Below are positions 12,931 to 29,307 of a stretch of 64,000 nt of DNA, piece by piece; position 1 is the first letter of the stretch; every line of letters begins with the position of its first letter. The notes below the pieces were generated by a model, which saw only the letters and a list, made by a program, of their open reading frames with translations, did not search any database and had not been told where the DNA came from. The position numbers were made by a program, and so were the translations under genes. This DNA is from Mobula hypostoma (taxonomy: Eukaryota). The DNA lies in the NCBI RefSeq assembly GCF_963921235.1, contig NC_086097.1:35094001-35158000 (forward strand), given 5' to 3'.

Positions 12931-13542
12931 CTGGTCCTCACCTACCACCCCACCAGCCTCCGGGTCCAACATATTATTCTCCGTAACTTCCGCCACCTCC
13001 AATGGGATCCCACCACTAAGCACATCTTTCCCTCCCCGCCTCTCTCTGCATTCCGCAGGGATCGCTCCCTACACAACTCCCTTGTCCATTCGTCCCCCCC
13101 ATCCCTCCCCACTGATCTCCCTCCTGGCACTTATCCGTGTAAGCGGAACAAGTGCTACACATGCCCTTACACTTCCTCCCTTACCACCATTCAGGGCCCC
13201 AAAAAGTCCTTCCAGGTGAGGCAACACTTCACCTGTGAGTCGACTGGGGTGATATACTGCGTCCGGTGCTCCCGATGTGGCCTTTTATATATTGGCGAGA
13301 CCTGACGCAGACTGGGAGACCGCTTTGCTGAACATCTACGCTCTGTCCGCCAGAGAAAGCAGGATCTCCCAGTGGCCACACATTTTAATTCCACATCCCA
13401 TTCCCATTCTGTCATGTCTATCCACGGCCTCCTCTACTGTAAAGATGAAGCCACACTCAGGTTGGAGGAACAACACCTTATATTCCGTCTGGGTAGCCTG
13501 CAACCTGATGGCATGAACATCGACTTCTCTAACTTCCGCTAA
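12931..13542 (+). pseudogene. PLE ORF C-terminus: linker + Cys motifs + GIY-YIG endonuclease, one internal stop
   Basis: Manual translation: LVLTYHP..YPCKRNKCYTC..FTCESTGVIYCVRCSRCGLLYIGET*RRLGDRFAEH..VATHF..LEEQHLIFRLGSLQPDGMN. TGA at 13303-13305 is a CGA>TGA-type change. Frame not shown in the ORF track. Confidence 0.9.
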
Positions 13543-13836
13543 GGCCCCACCTCCCCCTCGTACCCCATCTGTTACTCATTTTTATGCACACATTCTTTCT
13601 CTCACTCTCCTTTTTCTCCCTCTGTCCCTCTGAATATACCTCTTGCCCATCCTCTGGGTCCCCCCCCCATTGTCTTTCTTCCCGGACCTCCTGTCCCATG
13701 ATCCTCTCGTATCCCCTTTTGCCTATCACCTGTCTAGCTCTTGGCTCTATCCCTCCCCCTCCTGTCTTCTCCTATCATTTTGGATCTCCCCCTCCCCCTC
13801 AAACTTTCAAATCCCTTACTCACTCTTCCTTCAGTT

Positions 13837-13872
13837 AGTCCTGACGAAGGGTCTCGGCCTGAAATGTCGACT
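13837..13872 (+). ncRNA. Minimal type-I hammerhead ribozyme motif in PLE pLTR
   Basis: AGTC-CTGACGA-A-GGGTCTCGGCCT-GAAA-TGTC-GACT. Core intact; two C>T changes at CpG positions. Confidence 0.75.
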
Positions 13873-15289
13873 GCGCCTCTTCCTACAGATGCTGCTTGGC
13901 CTGCTGCATTCACCAGCAACTTTGATGTGTGTTGCTTGAATTTCCAGCATCTGCAGAATTCCTGTTGTTTTCCAGTTAACTTACCAGCTCCCTACTTCAC
14001 CCCTCCCCCTCCCAGTTTCACCCATCACCTTTTGTGCTTCATCCTCCCCTCCACCCCACCTTTTAACTCTACTCCTCATCTTTTCTTCTCCAGTCCTGCC
14101 GAAGGGACACGGCCCGAAACGTCCTGTACTTTTTTTTCCATAGATGCTGCCTGGCCTGCTGAACTCCTCCAGCATTTTGTGCGTGTTTCTTGGATTTCCA
14201 GCAACTGCAGATTTTCTCTTGTTCACAATACTACAAGTTAGGTCTCACCAATATCTTATACAACATCAACATAACGTCCCAACTCCTGTTTTATTTATGA
14301 AGGCCAACGTGCCAAAACTTTTCTTTATAACCCTATCTACCTGTGATGCCACTTTCATGGAATTATGGATCTGTATTCCCAGATCCCTCTGTTCTACTAC
14401 ACTCCTCAGTGTCCTACCAGTCACCGTGTAAGTCCTATCCTGGTTTGTCCTCCCAAAGTGCAAAACTCACACTTGTCTGCATTAAATTCTACCTGCCATT
14501 TTCAGCCCATTTTTCCAGCTGGTCCAGAATACGTTGCAAGCTTGATAGTCTTCATCACTGTACACTACACCCCCGATCTTGGTGTCACCTGCAAATTTGC
14601 TGATCCACTTTGCCACATCATCATCCAGGTTGTTGATATAGAAGACAAACATCACTGGACTCAGCACCAATCCCTACAGCACACCACTAGTCACAGGCCT
14701 CCAGGTCAGAGAGGCAACCATCTACTACCACTCCCTGGCTTCTCCCACAAACCCATTGTCTAATCCAATTTACTACCTCATCTTGAATGCCAAGAAACTG
14801 AATCTTCTTGACCAACCTCCCATGTGGGACATTGTCAAATGCCTTGCTAAAGTCCATATAGACAACATCCACTGCCTTGCCTTCATCAATTTTCCTGGTA
14901 ACTTCCTCGAAAAACTCTAAAAGATTGGTTAGATGTGAACTACCACACTCACAGCCATGCTGACTTACCTAAATCAGTCCCTGTCTAACCAAATACTTAT
15001 ATATCGGGTCCCTTAGATCCGATTATTTTTTAGTTGAACCTGTATTTTAAAAAAGCTTTTTATCAGTGGCTTATAATGCAAAGAAAAACAGTAATTGAAT
15101 TAATACATTAAGTCAAATTCTCTAACCACACTGAGTATTTCCTGCATTTTCTCATTTTATTTTGGAAAATATGTCCACTGCGGACTTTGTGAACATTTAG
15201 TTACATGCTCTCAATGATATTTTTTGGACATAGCAAGTTCAGCAGCCATTTTGATTTAGGAATTGTAAATAATAATGGGAACTGATAGA

Positions 15290-15492
15290 GTTGTTGTTGT
15301 TCCTGTACATGCCTTGTGGCGCATCGGGTGCCAACCTTGCTGTTTTTTCAGCATTTGTCTGTTTTTTACGAGGCTGAGTTGCTAGCTTGACGCTCAACCA
15401 GCATGGATGAAAAGCGTGCGAGGAGCTGGCTGGATTTGAACTTGGGACCATTTGCCTCAAAGTCCGGTGCTGATGCCACTACACCACTGGCT
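15290..15492 (-). mobile_element. tRNA-derived SINE
   Basis: Reverse complement head AGCCAGTGGTGTAGTGG (A box) and AAGTTCAAATCC (B box), with an (AAC)n tail. Confidence 0.75.
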
Positions 15493-15656
15493 GTCTGAGT
15501 GATAGAGCAGATGGAGCATAATTTTTTCTGAAGATAGGGAAATCCAGAAAGGTAGATCACCAAAGAACATAAATAAGCAAGAATACTGTTCCAACAATTA
15601 TAGTTATAGAGCACTACAGCACATTACCAGGCCCTTAGGCCCATCTAGTCTGTGCT

Positions 15657-16145
15657 AGCTAGGTCTTCTGTTGTGTGCTGGGGCAGCAGGCTGAGGGTAG
15701 CAGACACCAACAGAATCAACAAACTCATTCGTAAGGCCAGTGAAGTTGTGGGGATGGAACTGGACTCTCTCACGGTGGTGTCTGAAAAGAGGATGCTGTC
15801 TAAGTTACATGCCACCTTGGACAATGTCTCCCATCCACTACATAATGTACTGGTTGGGCACAGGAGTACATTCAGCCAGAGACTCATTCCACCGACATGC
15901 AACACAGAGCGTCATAGGAAGTCATTCCTGCCCGTGGCCATCAAACTTTACAACTCCTCCCTTGGAGGGTCAGACACCCTGAGCCAATAGACTGGTCCTG
16001 GACATATTTCCTGGCATAATTTACATATTACTATTTAATTATTTATGGTTTTATATTGCTATGTTTATACTCTATTCTTGGTTGGGGCAACTGTAACGAA
16101 AATCAATTTCCCTCGGGATCAATAAAGTATGACTATGACTACTAT
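15657..16145 (+). mobile_element. Rex1/Babar-type LINE 3' fragment inserted in an antisense CR1 3' end
   Basis: ORF 15652-15990 (VVCWG..RINKLIRKA..HPLH..RHRKSFLPVAIKLYN) resembles a Rex/Babar ORF C-terminus. AATAAA and (CTATGA)n tail. CR1 sequence on both sides (15600-15656, 16146-16540). Confidence 0.8.
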
Positions 16146-17698
16146 GCATAGTCCAACCTACCTGAGTACTATAGCCCTTCATACCTCTCTCGTCCATGTA
16201 CCTATCCAACTTCCCTTCAGTGTTAAAATTCAACTTGCATTTCCACTAGCAGCTTGTTCCACACTCGCACCACACTCTGAGTGATGAAATCTCCCTCAGA
16301 TTCCCCTTAAGTATTTCATCTTTGACTCTAAACCTATAACTTCTAGTTCTAGTTTTAACTCAAATGGAGGGGAAAATTACCTAGAAGAATTCATCTTATC
16401 TATACCTCTTATAATTTTGCAAAACTCTATGTGATCTCCACTCATTCTCCTGTGCTCATGTGAATAAGGTCCTCATCTGTTCTAACATTTCCCTGCTTAC
16501 TTGGGCCCTCAAGTCCCGAAAGCATTATGTTAACTCTCTTCACAGGTATTGCCTGGCCCAGCTCAGAATCTTCTACATTTCAATATTTATCCAGATAAAA
16601 GGAAGCACTTCGACTTGTGTAAGACTGGCAAGATGCTGGAGTCTCTTAACCTGCCCATGGCCTCTGCATCCCCTCGCAGCTCACATTCCCACCCAGTCTT
16701 ATATTACCTGCAAACTATATTTCTCCCTCATCAATGTCATTCATATAAATGTGATTAGCTGGGGTTGAAATGCTGACCCTATGGTAAGCTGCTGGTTGCT
16801 GTTGTTAATCAGAAAAATATCTGTTTACTCCTACACTTGGATTCCAGGCTGCCAACTTCTTGTCTAATTGTAATTTACCACCAATCCATTGTCCTTTCGT
16901 CTCTGCACGCTGCTCTCTCATAAATAATCTCATTGAAAGCTTTCTAAAATACACCCTATTCACTGGTTTCACTTTATTGATTACATTCTCAAAAAATTAC
17001 AGTAAATTCTATAAAAATGATTTCCCTTTAATTAATCAATGCTGTTTTTGACTGTTCTTGTCACTGATTTACAAATTATTTCAGAATGGACAGGGATTTT
17101 CCTCATCATTGATACGAGGTTAACTGGTCCATAATACCATTTTTTCTCACTCCATATATTAGCTATCCTCTAATCAGTAAGAACTGATCCAAAGTCCAAC
17201 GAATGCTGGACACTGACTGCAAGCGCATCTGTTGTTTCTAGGGCCTCTTCCTTAAATATTCTGGGAAGCCGAGTTTTGGGCATTGGGGATTTGCAGTCTA
17301 CCCGTGGGATTCAACAGCTCTCCTTACACTGTTTTCCTCCTAATAGTGATTTTCATCAGCTCCTCAACTTTAGGCTCTAGGTTCCATAACGCTTCTGTGA
17401 GGAAATTTAAACAATAGGGAGGAAAGAAACAAACAAACTCTGGAGGAACTCAATGGGTCATTGAGTGTCTGTGGGGAAAGGAATTGTCAATGTTTCTGTT
17501 TGAAGCCCTATGTAAGGAATAAAAGTGGAGAAGAAAAGATAACTGATGTAGAGAGGAGATGGGTAGGGACGAGACTGAGAGGAATGAGGCCATAGAGAGA
17601 TTTGAAGACAAGGATAAGAATCAACTTAATGCTTATCATTACTAAGAGTCTTGTGGTGGGAGAAGGGGTATGATGCATTTTTGAACTGCTTTCAATGA

Positions 17699-17906
17699 TT
17701 GGCAGTAGTACCCGATAGAAATAGAAATATATAGAAATATAGAAAATAGGTGCAGGAGTAGGCCATTCGGCCCTTCGAGCCTGCACTGCAATGCTGTCTC
17801 GCTTGGCAGTAGTACCCGATAGAAATAGAAATATATAGAAATATAGAAAATAGGTGCAGGAGTAGGCCATTCGGCCCTTCGAGCCTGCACTGCAATGCTG
17901 TCTCGC
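17699..17906 (+). repeat. Perfect 2 x 104-bp tandem duplication
   Basis: TTGGCAGTAGTACCCGATAG...GCTGTCTCGC at 17699-17802 and 17803-17906, identical by eye. Contains a short antisense CR1 3' end. Confidence 0.92.
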
Positions 17907-18437
17907 TTAGTGAGTTCCCCCAGCATTTTGTGTGTGTTGCTTGGACTTCCAGCCTCTGCAGATTTTCTCTTGTTTGTGAATTGATTTCTATCTTTTTCCT
18001 TAGCTATCTTGAAACTATTATTTTTTATGATCACTGGTCCCAAAGTGTTCCCCCACTGGCACATCCACCATTTTCTCAGCCTTAATCCCTAAAAGAAGAA
18101 CAGGAAGCTTCATGGACAGATGTGGTCATTTTCACAGGCTGAAACCTGCCCTTTCAAGCTCTCAGATGAAGCCCCATCTCTTGAAAATTGGCTCCTTCAA
18201 GCCATCTGTTATTGAAAATGCCATCTATGCCTTTGTCACCTGTGTGCTTGACACTTACAGTGATTTCCTGGTCAGCCTCCTGCTCTCTATGATCAAAATA
18301 CTAAAGCTCGACTCTTTCATTACTTAGCTGAATACACTTACCATACGTCAAGTGCCCACACACCCATCACCACTCTTCTCACTGACCTACAATAGCTCTC
18401 AATCCCCAATGCCTCCAATTTAAATTTCCACAGTATC

Positions 18438-18660
18438 ACGCACAAAATCGGGGAGGAACTATGCATGTCAGGCAGCATCTATGGAAATGCATTAACTGTC
18501 AACGTTTCGGGCCGAGACCCTTCATCACCAGCCATACCCTTCGATGTTATGGGATGCAAGAGAGGACATCTTGAAAAAGTGCTTCCTGAGTTGCTGCGTT
18601 TTTCCAGCATTTTGTGTGTGTTGCTCTGGACTTCTGGCATCTGCAGACTCTCTTGTGTGG
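18438..18660. mobile_element. Inverted pair of PLE pLTR tails, hammerhead remnant at 18498-18527 (-)
   Basis: GTCAACGTTTCGGGCCGAGACCCTTCATCA followed by a sense tail CCAGCATTTTGTGTGTGTTGCTC..GCATCTGCAGA. Confidence 0.7.
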
Positions 18661-18909
18661 GTGATATGTGAAAGCAGCCATGGGGTGATGTAGGTAGGTG
18701 TGGGAGGGGTTGAAGTGAGAAGTTAAATTTCCCACACTTGCATTTAAAATCTTCCCTTAAGCATCTATAACTTTGCCATTGTTACCTTCTCCAAACCCAT
18801 GACTTAATCAGAGTTTCCTGATTCCAACTCTTGTGTGTCCCTCAGTCCTTTATACTTTTTAGGCACCAGAATTTTGATTTATCTCCCTTTGCTCACCTTC
18901 AGTAAATAA

Positions 18910-20420
18910 AGTAATTTGGTTTATTTTTGTCACATATACTGAGGTTGAGTGGAGAACTTTGTTTTGCATGCTATCCGCATTGCATACAGATCTTTTCATT
19001 GTAACAGTGCTTTGAGGCTGTAAAGGAAAAACTATAACAGAATGCAGAATAAAGCTTTACGGTTACAAAGAAAATGCAATGCAATTGCAAGGCCATAGCT
19101 AGGTAGACTATGAGGTTGAGAATTCATCTTGTACTAAGGAACAATTCAATAGCCTTAGAACAATGGGGAAGAAGCTGTCCTTGGGCCTAGTAGTAAGTGT
19201 TTTCAGGCTTTTGTATCTATTTCTTGTTGGTGGGTTGGGGGTGTTGGAGAAGAGAGAATGTCTGTGGTCAGTGGGGTCTCTGATTATGTTGACTGTTTTT
19301 CTAAGGCAATGAGAAGTTTAGACAGGATCCATAGATGGGAGGTTGGTTTCCATGATGTGCCGAACCATACAGTCTCGGGCAGAGCAGTTGCCATACTAAG
19401 CTATGATGCATCATTATAGGTGATGGTCAAAGAGTATCTCCCTCCTGAAGAGGTAGAGGCACTGGAGGGCTATAGTGGCTGTGGTGTCTATGTAGCTGGA
19501 CCAGGACAAGCTTATGATGATGTTCCGTCAGAAGAGCCTGAAGCTCTCGACCCTCTCAACATCAGTACTGTTGATGTAAACAGGAGCAGGTACACTGCAC
19601 CCTTTTGAAGTCAATGACCAGCATGTTGTTTTGCTAACATCGAGAGAAAAGGTTGTTGTGAAGACACTGTGCCAATAGTTTCTCTATCTCTTTCCTATAC
19701 TCCAATTCATCATTACTTGGGATTTGGTCTTCTGCAGTTTTGACATCTGCAAGTTTATTGATAGAGTTAGATTAGAGCCAAATGTGGCCACTCAGGGACT
19801 ATAGGGAGTAAAGCAAGGGGTTGAATACACAGGCTTGGGAGGCACCAGTGTTGAGGATAATTGTGGTGGAGGTGTTGCTGCCTAACATCACTGGTTGTGG
19901 TCTGTTGGTCAGGAAGTGAGGATCCAGTTGCAAAGGGAAATTTTTTGAGTCCCAAGTCTAGGTTTTCTGTATGTGTTTCCTTGGACTTATAGTATTGAAA
20001 GTGGAGTTGTAGTTAATCAGAGTCTAATGTGCTCCAAAGATTAGTGTTGGGCCAGGAAGATGGCATTTGTCTTTGACCTATTCCAGCAGCAGGTGAATTG
20101 CAATGGGTGGATAGAGTAGAGGTGTGCCAGGACCAGCCTCTTGAAGCACTTCATGATGATGGATATTAGAACTTCATCATGATGGTGATAGTCAGTAAGA
20201 TATGTTACCTTATTTTCCTTAGGTGCCAGGATGAGAGTGGTCTTCTTAAAGAAGGCGTGAGCCTCACATTGAAGTAGGGAGAAGTTAAAAATGTTTGCAA
20301 ATATCTCTCTCAGCTGATCAGTGTGGCATCTGAAGATACTGTCAAGGACACTATCTGGGCCAGATGCTTTTCATGGCTTTACCCTCTAGAAGCCTGATCT
20401 GTTATCTGCTACAATGACTG
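18910..20420 (-). mobile_element. Degraded Rex1/Babar-type LINE (RT region)
   Basis: Reverse translation near 19800-19870 gives STIILNTGASQACVFNPLLYSL (RT PQG motif region). MMKCFKRLV-like sequence at ~20130-20160. Confidence 0.75.
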
Positions 20421-20849
20421 TGTGTTTAGGTGTACTGAAGGTGTTTTCTTTCTCATTCCCTCCTTCCCTCCCTCTTTCAATGGCCCATCTGCCCATCCCA
20501 TCTGGTTCCCTGTCACCTTCCTGCCTCTGTCCCACACTCCCTCTCCACCCCGTTTCACCCGCTCATCGACATCTCTCCTTCAACCCACCATCCACCAACT
20601 TCTATTCCACTCCTCCCTTGCCGGCTCTTTTCTCTCAGACCCGATGCAGGGTCTGGACTGGAAACATTGAATTAAATCTTGTGCCTGCACGGATGCTCCT
20701 CAAACTTCCAGTATTCTGACCTTTGTCTGACTTATCTTCTCACTCTCTTTCCTTCAACTGGCTACTATGAGGGGGCACAATTTTAAGGAGATTGGAGGAA
20801 AGTATAGGGGGGGAGGTCAGAGAGTTTTTTTTTACGGAGAGTAGTGGGT

Positions 20850-24450
<3,601 letters not shown>

Positions 24451-24719
24451 GGGATTAAGGGATCCAAAGGCAAGGATTACTAGGGATAAATTATAATGAA
24501 CCTTTGGAAAACGAGTGTCTGTCCACGGTTCATTTCTAGGCATCATACTTAAGGAAAAATACAAAGGATTCAGAAACAGCACAGAACAGAAACTGCAGGG
24601 ACCCTTTAAGTACACTTCAATGGCTTTCCATGGAACAGAGGCTGAAGAAGAACCGAAATCATGAAGGGTGTGGATAGACTGAAACTGCTCCCATTGCTGA
24701 AGGAATCAACATCTAGTAA

Positions 24720-24990
24720 ACACGGAATACAAGAGATTCTGCAGATGCTGGCGATCCAGAGTAATGCACAGAAATTGCCGGAAGAACTCAGCGGGCCAGG
24801 CAGTATCTCTGGAGGGGGAAAATCAGTCAATGTTTCAGGCTGAGACCCTTCATCAGGACTGGAAAGGAAGAAGGATGAAGCCAGAATAAGAGGGTGGAGG
24901 GAGGGAAAGAGGAAGGAGTACAAACTGGCAGGTGATAGGTGAACCTGTGGGGTGGGAGTAAGCGGGAGGGGAGGGGAGGGGGTTATATAG
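24720..24990 (-). mobile_element. PLE pLTR fragment with hammerhead motif (24824-24861)
   Basis: Reverse complement CAGTC-CTGATGA-A-GGGTCTCAGCCT-GAAA-CATT-GACTG plus the conserved PLE tail. Confidence 0.8.
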
Positions 24991-26391
24991 AATGAAGGCA
25001 ACTAACAAAATAACCTCAATTAGCAAGGAAGCAGATTCAAATAAAGCAGTGGACAGGGAATTGGATAGGCATCTGAAAGGAAATAGTTTGCAGTGTTACA
25101 GGGAGAGGGCAAGTTAGTGGGTCTAGTTGCATTGCTCCTTTTGCAGAGCTAGTGCAGACTTGATAGGCCAAATGGCCACCCTCCTGTTTAGATCACGATT
25201 CTCCAACTGCTGCAAATTGCAAATAAACATGTTTCATGCCATTTAAATGAATCTAAATGCACATTTAAATATCAACACTTAGAGCTCCGTACAGCTTTAC
25301 ACTGTCCAAACTGGATCTAATTTAAGAACAGTTACAAAAAAAAAGTAGAAAATTCTGTAAACAATCAGTAGGTCAAACAGTATGTGTGGAAGGAGAGACA
25401 AAACTAATGTTTCAGTTCACAATAGGGTCTTCGAGTTGAATCACTTTCTGTTTTCATTTCTGGTCGCCAGAATCTGTAGTTCCCTATTATTATCATTTGC
25501 AATAAATATCTTTAATTTATGAAGCTGCACATGCAGCATCAATAAGGCATCATTGGTGAGTCAGGGTATAAGGAGGTCAGAAGGATTGTGCATTTAGAAA
25601 TGGGAACAGAAGATGCTGTGGAGGAATTTAAATGCAAGGATATCAATTTTAAGCTTGAAGTACTGTGCAATCAATGTAGTTCAGTAAGTCTAGGGAGACG
25701 AATGGTGGGAGTTGATTTGTGTTGGAGTTTTGAATGAATTGGAGCAGGTGAGTGAACAGCAAGGAGTTGGAGGAGCTTTGGACTAATTAGCAAGAGTTGA
25801 AATTTCTCCCCACAGCGGTTCAATATGTGTCCGCAATAAATAGCAGGTCTCTTTGCCTGTTTATTGAGGAATAAAATAACTATGCTGTGAAACATTTTGT
25901 TGATTTCCCCATGAATACATTTTGTACCACTGGATATCACCAGCTGAAGACTGAAGATAGAGAGGAATGGATGAAGGTTTCAGAACAGAAAGGACTGATG
26001 TTATAAAGTGAATGTTGCGAGGGATGATATATGGTCAGAAAACTGTCGATCATATATCAACTTATGGGGGCAAAAAGAGAAAAGCATTAGATTAGCTCTT
26101 CATCGTCCCCCTTACACATTGCATACCCAGTCCCACCTTTTGTTCTGCTGTTGTACAATTCACAGTTAGCAAACAGTTGATACAACATTAGGTAATGAAT
26201 AAAAAAATGTACAGTTGCTGGAAACACTCTGCAGATCAGGAAGCATCAGTAGAAAAAGAGACAGAGTTCAAGCTTCAGGATCAATATAAGCCTTATCCGA
26301 GAGATTTCTTTGTCCTATCCACCCCCTTATCCTCTCTAGAGTTTAAATTGTCTGCTCCCTCTTTTTTGCCAGGTCACTTTCTCTCTCGAGA

Positions 26392-26915
26392 TTGAATTGA
26401 CTTTATTTCTTACATCCTTCACATACATGAAGAGTAAAAATCTTTACATTACGTTTCCGTCTAAATGTGCAATGTGCAATCATAGTAATATATAATAATT
26501 TATAATATATAGAACAGTCAATGTAACATAGAAATACACTCAAACCAGTGTGAGTTAATCAGTCTGATGGCCTGGTGGAAGAAGCCTGTTGGTCCTGGCT
26601 TTTATGCTGCGGTACCATGTCCTGGATAGTAGCAGCTGGGATGATTGTGGTTGGGGTGACTCGGGTCCCCAATGGTCCTTCGGGCCCTTTTTACACACTT
26701 GTCCTTGTAAGTGTCCTGAATCATGGGAAGTTCACAACTACAGATGCACTGGGCTGTCTGACCACTCTCTGTAGAGTCCTGCGATTAAGGGAGGTACAGT
26801 TCCCATACCAGACAGTGATGCAGCCAGTCAGGATGCTCTCAACTGTGCCCCTGTAGAACGTTCTTAGGATTTGGGGACCCACACCAAACTTCTTCAAACT
26901 TTCCGTCTGAGGTGA
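26392..26915 (-). mobile_element. Rex/Babar-type LINE 3' fragment
   Basis: Reverse strand encodes FYRGTVESILTGCITVWYGN..LQRVV. AATAAAGTCAATTCAA tail. Confidence 0.8.
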
Positions 26916-29307
26916 AACTCATGCTGCCTGACTTGCTGAGAGCTTCCTGCACTTTCTTGCTTTATTTTATGTTTAGTTGTGTTTTGCCTAAGGCAAAGGT
27001 CAGGTGAAACATGAGACTAGGGTCTGTGCCACTGAAACAGCAATGGCTTCAGTCTCCCTGGTATTCAGCTGCAGGAAGTTCAGTTTCACCGGGAATAGAT
27101 GTCAGAGAAGCAGAGGACAGCCTGGGAGAAATAAAGGAAAATAGACTTGATAGATTTTGCAGAGTCCCACCACGTATAATGCTGGCATCACCAAAGTGTA
27201 GCATATGATTAAAATGCAATGGTTATAGATGGATCATTAGAGTGTATATAATGGCATAGAAGATTTGGAAATGAAACTATGGTTATAGCATAAATGCTCT
27301 TTTATGATTGGGCAGCCATGCTGAACTAAGCCAAGGTAGTCTCTATGGAAATGCATACTGCAGGAGTAATGTTAGAAGAAGGTTGTGTCAGGATTTAAGG
27401 GTCCCAGTGAAATTTACAACACTCACAACAGATCATGCAAGATGGTTGTAACCACAAGAGTCTATATGACAACTTGAAATGATACCTTGACACAAGTCAA
27501 CATCTTCAGGAGAGGAAGTGTGAAAATTGGCAAAAAAAATGTATTCACATATCCAAAAGAAGAAATTAAGATTTTGGGACTCATGTTCATTGTCCACTGG
27601 GGGGCACAAAGAGAAATGCATTTGATTCACTTACTATTGTTCCCCTTGTACATTGTGTACCCAAACTGTTCATTTTTGCACCGTTTACAATTCTGCCTTG
27701 TTTGCATCCTGACCAAAACTGTTTGTTAAGGAAGATATTTATATCATTTTATAAACTTAAACCTTTCTGGAAGGAAATGTTCCTGTAGTGAATTTTATTC
27801 TGTAATACAGTAATGATCCTTTGTACTGCACATGCCAATGTTTTGAACCTTGGTTGATTTGCATTAATGCTAATACATTATTGTGAGTTAACACTGACTG
27901 CTATACAGCTCTAAAAATGTTCATTACTGGCACAAAATATCCATATTCAGTTTAAACTAGGTGTAATAAATCAGTACACATTGATTAAAACATGAATACT
28001 GCCAAATACTATGGGTCTCGTCAGAAAAAAGGAAGCCAAGATATAATTTTCTGCACTTAATACCCTTGTATTCCCTGGAATGTGTTCATTTCAGCTGGAG
28101 ACATTTTAAATACTGTGGTTAGGAACAGACTTCTTTAACATCTTTGTAGAATCAAATCGCTCATGAGTAGAGCAGGGCATTTCTCTTGTAGCTTCTGATC
28201 AGCTGAATTATGAGGGAGCATAACAGTGACATTCTCCTTCTCAAGTGATAAACCAACAATGGTACCGAAACTGCAACGTGTCTTCATTGGTTTCATTCCT
28301 GTAGAAATACACTAATGGCTGACTCTTGTCTTATGTTGAATCCAATATGGAATCCTATTCCTAGATAGCAACTGACTTCATGGTAGGTTTGAAGATAATT
28401 GGAGCTATTGATTTTTATACAACTGGCACCTTGCAAGCACCTGGGAGAGTTACTCAGTTTACAATGTTCGACTATGTCTGGGAGGCTATGAATGCATCGA
28501 TTGTGCATCCAGGCATTTTCTCAAGGCAGAAGACACAAGTGTTCCTGACCCATTCCTGGGCTTTTAACAGCTTTAGTACCATGTCTGGAGTCTCTGCTCA
28601 TTTGTGTGATTTTTCTGATGTATATCTAATGATATACTGTAAGTAGCCTGGAATATGGCAACTTATATTCTGAATACTGTAATTTGAGTTTGTACAATCT
28701 TTTTGGAATTGCATGAAAAATGTTATGCTTGAAGTGAAGCTTGCACACAAAATTACAACTGTGCCCCATCAATCCACATCGGTGTTTACACTACCTCTAC
28801 TTACTTGCAGGTCCTCAAGAAACTATAAAAATAAAGATGGAATTTTTGGGTAACACAAGACAAATAGATATTCTTTCAAAGGGTAGGAATACTTCTAAGA
28901 AAAAAAATAATTTTAACGATGAACAGAACAGTTGATATTTCTATAAGTTATTTTAGCTATTTAAATTCACTTTACTCTCAAGCCACTGATTCAGAATGCT
29001 TTTTTATGACAAGAACAGTTTAGACAATATTAATCACACATTACATTTTACCAAGTTAACAGTTTTAAGTACATCAATGAATACACTTTTAAGTGTTTTA
29101 AACGTATCAACTTAACACATGATTGCACTTGTGAATAGATGTAGGGTTGGATGAAATGCCAAAGCAGAACAAGCACTGAAGACCTGTGCTTGTCAACTGG
29201 CTGGAGTGTTTCCTGATGTCTTTGACCTCTCACATCAGCAGTCTGAAATACTCACCTGCTTCAAGCAGGCTTCAAGTATACCAGTGCCCAAGAAGAACAT
29301 GGTAACC

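Larger units (their letters stand above)
12919..13971 (+). mobile_element. Young 5'-truncated Penelope-like element with 9-bp TSD
   Basis: TSD CCAGTTAAC at 12910-12918 and 13972-13980. Carries the endonuclease ORF and a pLTR with hammerhead. Confidence 0.9.
12569..14225 (+). mobile_element. Older Penelope-like element 3' end (EN C-terminus + pLTR), split by a younger PLE
   Basis: DLPVATHFN..LEEQHL..MNIDFSNF-like sequence at 12580-12748. pLTR at 12750-12918 resumes at 13981-14225 with a mutated hammerhead at 14091-14123. Confidence 0.85.
12500..15017 (-). mobile_element. CR1 LINE fragment (12500-12568 and 14226-15017) interrupted by nested Penelope-like elements
   Basis: EYCVQFWS at ~12520-12567 continues with QRDLG, KFAGDTK and YMDFSKAFD at 14266-14872. 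Confidence 0.85.

Noticed and set aside
13741..14241. Recurring SPDEGSRPE peptide ORFs (also 29206, 24606, 38837)
   Set aside because: Translation of the non-coding hammerhead/pLTR sequence, not a protein motif.
17699..17906. CRISPR-like direct repeats
   Set aside because: Two abutting 104-bp units with no spacer; eukaryotic DNA, no cas genes.
25925..25955. GGATATCACCAGCTGAAG resembling exon-2 GYHRAE
   Set aside because: One base missing and no flanking similarity or splice sites.
28141..28170. TTTGTAG|AATCAAAT as possible KCNH5 exon 2 start
   Set aside because: Reads E-S-N-R-S-stop, with no FLLGNAQIVDW.
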